Below the pieces are notes generated by a model that ran no database searches, was not told where the DNA came from, and saw only the letters and a list, made by a program, of their open reading frames with translations. Shown piece by piece: positions 47,870 through 55,105 of a DNA stretch of 55,105 nucleotides. Within the stretch, counting starts at the first letter, position 1. Each line of letters starts with the position of its first letter. The translations under genes and the position numbers were made by a program. Source of the DNA: Vitrella brassicaformis CCMP3155 (taxonomy: Eukaryota > Protista > Chromerida); contig CDMY01000541.1 of the NCBI GenBank assembly GCA_001179505.1, positions 1 to 55,105 of the forward strand, written 5' to 3'.

Positions 47870-49467
47870 TTACCGGTCATCAGCAAGTTGCGCTGCCGGC
47901 ATTCTCCGCCTGACTACATTTGCAGCGCGACAGCTTGTGTCTATGTGTGTATGCGTCTGGCTGCGTGAGGCCGTGAGGCCGTGCCACCCCTCTCCGTGAC
48001 ACCCCTCTCTCTGACACTTGGAAGCCGTCTGACTGCTCCGCAAGTCGTCCAGCCGGCACTGCTGGCCTCACTACATTTGCAGCGAGGGTGTAAGGGCCTT
48101 GATAGGTCACCTGATTCAACGCTCAGCTTATTCACGCCCTCCAGGCCAGGTTGCTTGATCAATCGTCAATTCGGCCTCCAGGCGAAGTTCTTCCTGTTGA
48201 TACATTTGCGGGCTCAAAAAATTGGACCAATAGTCCAGACGGAGGCCTGTCACAGCATTGGTACCGAAAAACGACAACATTTGCGATGGCATTGCGCCCC
48301 ATGACAAGGAATAGACGGTCCCAGGGGGAAGAGCCATCGCGCATGCTCCCACATGTCTTCCAATGGGTGTCCTTGCCTGCGGATCTCCTGGAGATGAGCA
48401 AGGTGAAGCTCCGAGCCTGCCTGTGCTGTTTGCTTCTTTTTAACCCCCTGTCGTGGACGCCCCGCCCGCCGAAAGTAAGTTTACCAGGAGAGGCGGCCCG
48501 GATGTTTCCCAATGTGTTCCGATAAACGTGCTTGCCTTCTGATCTCCTGGAGATGAGCAGCGTCAAGCTCCGAGCCTGTCTGTGCTGTTTGCTCCTTTCT
48601 CAACCTCCTATAATAGACGTCCGGTGGTTTTGAAGGTAAGTTTTCCAGGAGCAAATCCCGTGTCCCCCGCAGCTTCTTGCCGCTCATCAGCAAGTTGTGC
48701 TGCCGGCATTTCTCCGCCTGACTACATTTACAGCGCGACAGCTTGTGTGTATCTGTGTATGCGTCTGGCTGCGTGATGCCGTGCCACCGCTCTCTCTGCC
48801 ACTTGCAGGCCGTGTGACTGCTCCGCAAGTCGTGCAGCCCGTACTTTTTTGGCCTCACTACATTTGCAGCGAGGGTGTAAGGCCTTGTTATGTCACCTGA
48901 TTCGACGCTCAGCTTATTCACGCCCTCCACGCCAGGTTCGTTGATCAATCGTCAATTCGGCCTCCAGGCCAAGTTCTTGCTGTTGATACATTTGCGGGCT
49001 GAAAAAAGTGCACCAATAGTCCAGACGGAGGCCTGTCACAGCATTGGTACCGAAAAATGACGACATCTGCGATGATATGGCGCCCTTCAGCAACATCTTT
49101 ACCATCAGGCGCGGCCAGGATGCTCCCAATTATATGTTGTTCCAATGAACCAATCTGTCTGCTGATTTCCCTTGATTGGGGACCATGGAACAACGCACCG
49201 CCGTGTACTGTTTGTTTGTTTTTACACCCCTCATGGTGGTAGCCCTGCGTGTTTGAGCGAGCTCAGATTGAAGCTTGGTACACTGTGCACAGCCATTACG
49301 CCCACCACAACGTAGATATCGTCCCGCCGGTCTGAAACCTGTCAACGCACGTGAGCCTTCCTCACCTCGATCGTGCGAATGTTGCAGCTGCCCCTCGTTC
49401 TCTGTTTGACGCTGATTGTCACGCCACAAGCCATGTCTGGCTCACAGCGTCCCCTTTCCGGCACGAA
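47870..49467. repeat. Hierarchical repeat block: ~800-bp tandem duplication (47870-48330 vs 48670-49100) with ~158-bp internal sub-repeats
   Basis: Near-identical blocks such as GCAGCTTCTT...CATCAGCAAGTTG and CAGCATTGGTACCGAAAAA. GATCTCCTGGAGATGAGCA...GCTCCGAGCCTG occurs at ~48381 and ~48541. Confidence 0.9.
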
Positions 49468-51838
49468 AAGAACCCGCGACACAGCACCCAAGCGTGGGAG
49501 GGATGTCGGGGAGTTTGACGACAGACGTCGCCGTCTGTCCGACGCTGGCCAGTCCGACGCCGATGCAGAGATCTGCAAGCAGGCGTTGAAGGATCCCTCG
49601 AAACTTGGCCTGCAAGACGTGCAACACGAGACGATCCAGTGGCTGGCGAAAGATAGCGGGCAGGGCTTAGTATTTGAGACCATCATCAACGAGATCCGCG
49701 AGTGCAACACGACCTGGACTGACCAAAGACAGCAGCGCAAAGAGGTACACACATGCATACATCACATACATCGGTGGCATGGCCTAGCCCGTCTCCGTGG
49801 CCTGGCCTCTTGTGATAATCTTCTTGGCGTGATTGCGTTCGCGGTGGGTTGGCTGTCTCGTGCACGCATACCTTTCTGCCGACTGCTACGCTGTGACAAC
49901 GATGTGGGGAACCATTTTGAGGGTAAATTTGAGCGTAAATGTGGGTGAGCATCACGCCCCTAACCACTGGCCCCTACTTGTGCGATTCAGCCAAGGGAGC
50001 TAATGCTTAACCAGTCCGTGGCGTTCGCAGCCCTGGCCAACGCAATGGACGAAATTGTCAACAAGCTGAAGAGCGACAACGCCACCGTGCCCGTGTTGGT
50101 GGCCGACATCGAAAACTCCACGATCAGCGCGTGCACGCCGAGGCAGCTGAACGACGGGAGCGGGAGAATGATCCGACCGGTCCATCTTCTGGAGATCCTC
50201 GAGGACCTGTCTTACGGCCTGTTCCCCGGGTTGCTGCATGACTCGCCCGTGCCATGGAAGTCCCTGACCAAGGAAAAGTTTGCCTGGGCATGCCTCGTAC
50301 GGATGTGGATATGGGTGGCACAGTCAGAGGGGGTCACAGAGAGATAAGCGAGTCACAGGGAAATGAGTCTTCACGCCGAGTCCTGTCTTGTCTTGTCATG
50401 TGATGTGATGTGATGTGATGTGTTGTGATGTGATGTGTTCTGATGGGTGTTGCAGGGCTCTCTACTGACCCCCAACCGCGAGAACTCGCAGTCATTCAAC
50501 GCCTTCATGTCGCTGGCCAAGGAAGTGAAGGCTCGCAGAAAAACGGCCGCCAAGGAGGGCAATCATGCGTCGATGCCCAAGAATGATATCGCGGCGTGCA
50601 TCGAAATTGTGGGCTCTACATGAGACACAGTCGATCACAGATTTTGCACACAGCAGACCTTCCCATTTCTTCTTGTTTTTCCCTCTTTTTCACTGCATGG
50701 CACCACGGTCAGGCCGGGCAACAGAACGTGACAGCGGGCTTTTTGCAGTACCTCTTCTCTCCGCCTCAGCAGACAAACAACACGCGTGGCGCAAAAAAAA
50801 TGACCGCCTCCTACAACATCGCCGTCGCCCAGAAAAAGGACGTCACACCCCCGGTCGTCGACATAGTGTGGAACGACGTCAGTCAGCTGGTCGCACAGAA
50901 CAAACCGCTGCCATCCATCGTTCAGCTCCTGAAGACTCTGCCGGGCTGGGGTCTCAAGGTGCCGTCCATGATGGTGCAGGTCAGGTCAGTCAATCTGTGA
51001 TCACACGCGGGTCACTCGAATGAGTCGAGTGGGAGAGACACGAGCGGGAGAGACAGAGACACAGCCAAGACTGTGTGACAGACCGCTCTCTTTCCGTGTC
51101 TGTGTGTGTGTGTATGGCCTGTATGTGCTTGGTGTCTCTCTGTGTCTTTCTGCACAGTTGTTTCTATACTTTCTCGCGTACTTGAAACCCTCTGCAGAAG
51201 AACTTGGAGACGTTCCAGAAGAGGCCATGATCAAGCCACCAGCATGGGTTGACAGAAACCTGCTTAAGATCACGGGGCACCTGACGGGCGATTTCGATAA
51301 CAACGCCGAGCGTGTCTCCAGGAATATGAGCGAGTAAGAAACTAAATGTAGCGCCATCTTCGCTAGCGTTGCCTCTCGCGTCGCCCCTTTATAGTTTTCA
51401 TGTCTCTCTGTCTGTCTTGTCTTGTCTTGTCTGTCTTCGTTTGGGTACGTTTGCGTATTTAGGACTCTGAAGGGTCCGGACGCGAGAGAGACATACGACC
51501 GTTCGACACGCAACGGGACGACCAAGACGTGGATTCGGCAGAACCTCTGCGTCAAAGGCCTGTGCGAGTCTTGTCCGCTGGGCGTGTCCTTCATGTCTTT
51601 CTACCGACTGAATGACGGCCTGTCCGTGACGGACCTCGACAATGTCCATGACCTCGAGGAGGTGTGCAATCCGGTGACGAGAATCTGTGCCAAGCCTGTT
51701 CTCCATCACAAATTCGCCAACAACAAGAAAGGCAGGAAGAAGAAAGCGAAGCGGGGAGATGAGGACGAGGATGAGAACGAGGATGAGGACGGACAAGGAA
51801 AGGAAAAGGAGGAGGCACTCAGACGGCGGGGGACATAG
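49433..51838 (+). CDS. HhH-GPD superfamily DNA glycosylase-like protein (~529 aa, 6 exons)
   Basis: Phase-consistent exons 49433-49744, 49991-50296, 50456-50608, 50713-50979, 51158-51333 and 51463-51838 total 1590 nt with no internal stop. HhH motif LLKTLPGWGLK, downstream PPAWVD, Cys cluster CVKGLCESCPL and a basic/acidic tail. Confidence 0.7.
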
Positions 51839-52629
51839 AGTGAAATGTCCTACCCAACGAAGCGACCGATTTGGGCCGATTCTTCCCTTCTGACCGACCA
51901 TCCTCATGAAAGCCTCCACCGAACCGACACGGCTTATTGCGGTCATCCTCCCCTATAACCGCACCGAAAACCGACACCGAATGGTTGAATGATGTGTTTT
52001 TCTGACTGTTTCAGGCTACCTGCTGGCTGGATTAAAAGAAAAATCCCCATTTCCGCCACGCAGTAATCATAAATGGCGTCTCTTGACTGAAAATGTCTCT
52101 TTTCTGTCTGTTTTCCAAGTAAATCCTCTCAGATCCTACCTGATGAGAGCACCGAAACCGACAGGTTTTCGGAGAGAGGGGGGAGGACAGGTAAAAACCG
52201 ACCGACCGGGAGGGGTTGATAGCGTGTCCTAGGATACCTTGTCGGTTTTCCCTTCATGTCCCCCGCCGTGCACTCAGCTCGCCCCCAGCCCCGAAAAGAA
52301 GGAAAAGGTGACTGTACTTTGCTGGCTGAATTTTGCTTCTGACCGAATTTTACCCCCGAAAGAAGCAAAATTAAGTGATACGCAGGAGGGCGGAACAAAA
52401 ATACGTGAGTCACGTATGTTGTGAACGAATGGACAGATCGACGGATAGGTGAATTTTTGACTGTACCCTTTTAAAACGCCACTGACACGGTCCATGCAAA
52501 CATCGGAATATCTTTCTTCCGAATATCTTTCTCGCTATCAGTCTGACTTTGTCGCCCGTATAAATTTACCAGGCTGACGCCCTGCGGATGAAGAGCGTGA
52601 AGCTGCGCGCCTCCTCTCTATTGCCCTCG

Positions 52630-53620
52630 GCTGACTCCTCCTGTGTCTGCCTGGCAGGTGTGTTGATGATTCGTTGAGCCGCATTGCCGCTCTCCCTGTT
52701 GCCAGGTGAGCCGATGCACGTCATGAACATGTTGACATCGCAGATCTACTCGTCCTCGTGCCGGAAAGGGGACGCTGTGAGCCAGACATGGCTTGTGGCG
52801 TGACAATCAGCGTCAAACAGAGAACGAGGGGCAGCTGCAACATTCGCACGATCGAGGTGAGGAAGGCTCACGTGCGTTGACAGGTTTCAGACCGGCGGGA
52901 CGATATCTACGTTGTGGGGGCGTAACGGCTGTGCACAGTGTACCAAGCTTCAATCTGAGCTCGCTCAAACACGCAGGGCTACCACCATGAAGGTGTAAAA
53001 ACAAACAAACAGCACACGGCGGTGCGTTGTTCCATGGTCCCCAATCAAGGGAAATCTGCAGACAGATTGATTCATTGGAACAACATGTAATTGGGAGCAT
53101 CCTGGCCGCGCCTCATGGTAAAGATGTTGTTGAGGGGCGCCATATCATCGCAGATGTCGTCATTTTTCGGTACCAATGCTGTGACAGGCCTCCGTCTGGA
53201 CTATTGGTGCAGTTTTTTCAGCCCGCAAATGTATCAACAGCAAGAACTTCGCCTGGTGGCCGAATTGACGATTGATCAACGAACCTGGCGTGGAGGGCGT
53301 GAATAAGCTGAGCGTCGAATCAGGTGACATAACAAGGCCCTTACGCCCTCGCTGCAAATGTAGTGAGGCCAAAAGTGCCGTGAGGTGATCGCCGTCAAGT
53401 CACGCAGGATTCCGGCACACAGATCCACTCGTCTGAGTGGATCGTCTGAGTGTCTGCCTCACAGGCGTGCTACTGTTTCGTGTTGCAGCCTTCCCTGCTG
53501 CACGGTGAGCTGATGGTGGCCGTCATGCAGGATTCCGGCACACAGATCTACTCGTCTGAGCGCTCCTGTGTGTGTCTGCCTGGCAGGTGTGTTGGTGTTT
53601 CGTTGAGCCGCATCGCCACG
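52630..53620. repeat. ~120-bp repeat family (copies at ~52630-52755, 53400-53520, 53525-53620) interrupted by the inverted 620-bp module
   Basis: Shared blocks TGTCTGCCTGGCAGGTGTGTTG, CAGATCTACTCGTC and CAGGATTCCGGCACACAGATC. Confidence 0.8.
52756..53374 (-). repeat. ~620-bp inverted copy of 48847-49467 (upstream region and first ~11 codons of the glycosylase-like gene)
   Basis: Reverse-complement match from TTTTGGCCTCACTAC to CCGGCACGA with only scattered substitutions. Confidence 0.95.
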
Positions 53621-53823
53621 CACTCCAAGAACTATGACGATAGATGCACTTGCAGTTCACTCATGTACACGCACAAAGACACAAACGCAAGGACAAGCAC
53701 ATGAAAGTGTTCATGTAGCTTGGCGTGTGATTGATACACACATACAGACAAACAGACAACCGCCAGATAAAAACGTGCTATAGCATATCTCACGTTCCAC
53801 TCATATCATATCTCACATTCCAC

Positions 53824-55105
53824 TCACTCTTCGGACGCCCCCACGTCCACCCGCTTCGGCTCGACACACTCCACACCAGTCAGACTGTGACACCACTCCG
53901 GCTGCTCCTCCCTGAACCTCTCGATCAGCTCGTTCATCCGCAGCAGTATCTCATCAATCCCCGACACCCCTCGCAAAGGGCGCACGCGAGCCATCTTCAC
54001 CCAGTCCCACCTGCGCTCGAAGGCCTCGAACACTCTCCTGACCCGCGGGTCCGTCCCTGGCCCACCAAAATTGGCCACATACCCAATCAGATACTACGGC
54101 CGCAGATGGATTCGCTGCGTAAATGAAGGGCCCCGGCCGCTGTTGTGCTCAGCCAGCCGGTCGCGGAGGCGGGCTGTGGACCCGATATAGAACTCCGACG
54201 GGTCTCGCGTACTGCCCAGAGCGTACGTGTAGCCGACGTTGTCATTGGGGATGTCTATGGTCTTGCGGATGAACGGATAGTGGCTGTAGTCCACTACCGG
54301 GACCCTCGCACTCGTGACCCCTGCCCGGGTCGATGTGCAGTCCAGCCGCCTGACCTTCTCAATGCAGTGCTCCAGCCAGGCCGACCGCTGACGCATCAGC
54401 AGCTCCAGACAGCGCCTCACTTCCTCTCGCGTGTTGCGAAAATAGATGCCGTTGAGCTGGCGGGTGCATGACAGCAGCACCACCAGCATCGCTTTCTCCC
54501 ATACATGATACGCAGAGCCCGCCAGGTCAGCGGGGGACAGGATACGGGTCCCCATGACGTCGAACGTGTCCCCGATGGCCTTGTGGACGGTCAACGCGCT
54601 GTGGTGGACGAGAGGGAATATGTTACGGCGCCTCATGGTCATTCGCGAATCGAGAACGTGCGGAGACGTGTCGATGCGGTCACGCGAATGAGGGGCCACT
54701 GCTGGATGACGGCTGACGTCGCGGCCTGAAGCTGGCCGATGTCAACATCCAGAGGTGCCACTCGCACGGCAATGTACGGGCTCTGCGGATCCGCACAGTG
54801 GGACGCGTCGCCGACAAAGCACAAGCGCCCATTGGAGATGCCTCGGTCGTTGAGGTTGCTGCTGAACCGCATGCACGCGCCGTCCCACACCGTGAGCTGA
54901 TCGGGCTCACTGACCTTCTTCGCAATGCGCTGGACCAACCGTCGATTGCGCGTCGGCTGCCACCTACATAACACCACCATCACACCAACAAAACCATGGT
55001 CACAGACACACAGCGGCATCGACATCATTCAGGCACAAACACAAACACATACCTGCCCGGCATGTTGAATGTCTCATCCACAGCGTGCACGGTGTGCATT
55101 GTGAC
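53824..55105 (-). mobile_element. 3' part of a divergent Helitron-like ORF: PIF1 helicase C-terminus fused to a GIY-YIG endonuclease (defective; runs off the window end)
   Basis: Helicase motifs NLNDRGISNG, IFPL...ALTVHKAIGDT and VVLLSCT. In the same frame GYTYAL...FYIGST...RLAEHNSGRG...LRP*YLIGYVANF...FERRW. One intron (~54963-55052), a frameshift near 54.65 kb and an in-frame TAG at 54094-54096. Confidence 0.8.

Noticed and set aside
48474-48650. Two 13-nt GTAAGT...CAG segments as micro-introns
   Set aside because: Too short for the introns seen elsewhere in this window, and removal does not yield a convincing ORF.
49788-49922. Extra exon with an in-frame TGA in the glycosylase-like gene
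   Set aside because: A single intron 49745-49990 joins phase 0 to phase 0 and gives an uninterrupted ORF.
50380-50440. (GTGAT)n, (CA)n, (GGAT)n and (CAGA)n tracts throughout the window
   Set aside because: These are ordinary intronic microsatellites in this genome.
48847-53374. Definite MULE or Foldback transposon call for the inverted-repeat cassette
   Set aside because: No transposase, no TSD, and the left repeat continues into a larger tandem unit, so termini are not defined; kept only as a hypothesis.
1-55105. tRNA, rRNA or ribozyme genes
   Set aside because: No cloverleaf, rRNA-like or hammerhead/HDV core was recognised by eye; a covariance-model scan would be needed to exclude them.

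Overview
Intron-rich eukaryotic DNA with (CA)n/(GT)n-rich introns and five 300-N scaffold gaps. Intron style and lineage-type gene families suggest a chromerid alveolate such as Vitrella; this is inference and was not searched. Host genes: a UbiE/MenG methyltransferase, a large multi-domain ankyrin protein, a GT64/EXTL2-like glycosyltransferase, a clostripain-like peptidase, and a DHX37/Dhr1 helicase whose DEAH box reads EKAH. Mobile-element debris: a canonical Helitron PIF1 helicase, a ~7.9-kb APE-RT LINE with an inverted copy of its 3' end at its 5' side, a decayed and possibly chimeric Ty1/copia element, and two pieces of a divergent Helitron-like element (USP-like + Rep N-terminus on +; PIF1 + GIY-YIG on -). 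Three observations stand out. (1) A 60-bp palindrome-rich repeat occurs four times, each time at a junction where a gene or element is cut off, once as a fold-back palindrome and once bracketing a 475-bp fragment in telomere-like polarity. (2) An apparently intact 6-exon, ~529-aa HhH-GPD DNA glycosylase-like gene lies between ~620-bp inverted repeats that include its own upstream region and first codons. (3) The split Helitron-like element has a layout that one large inversion would explain. All domain calls are by eye from motifs; no database search was run.
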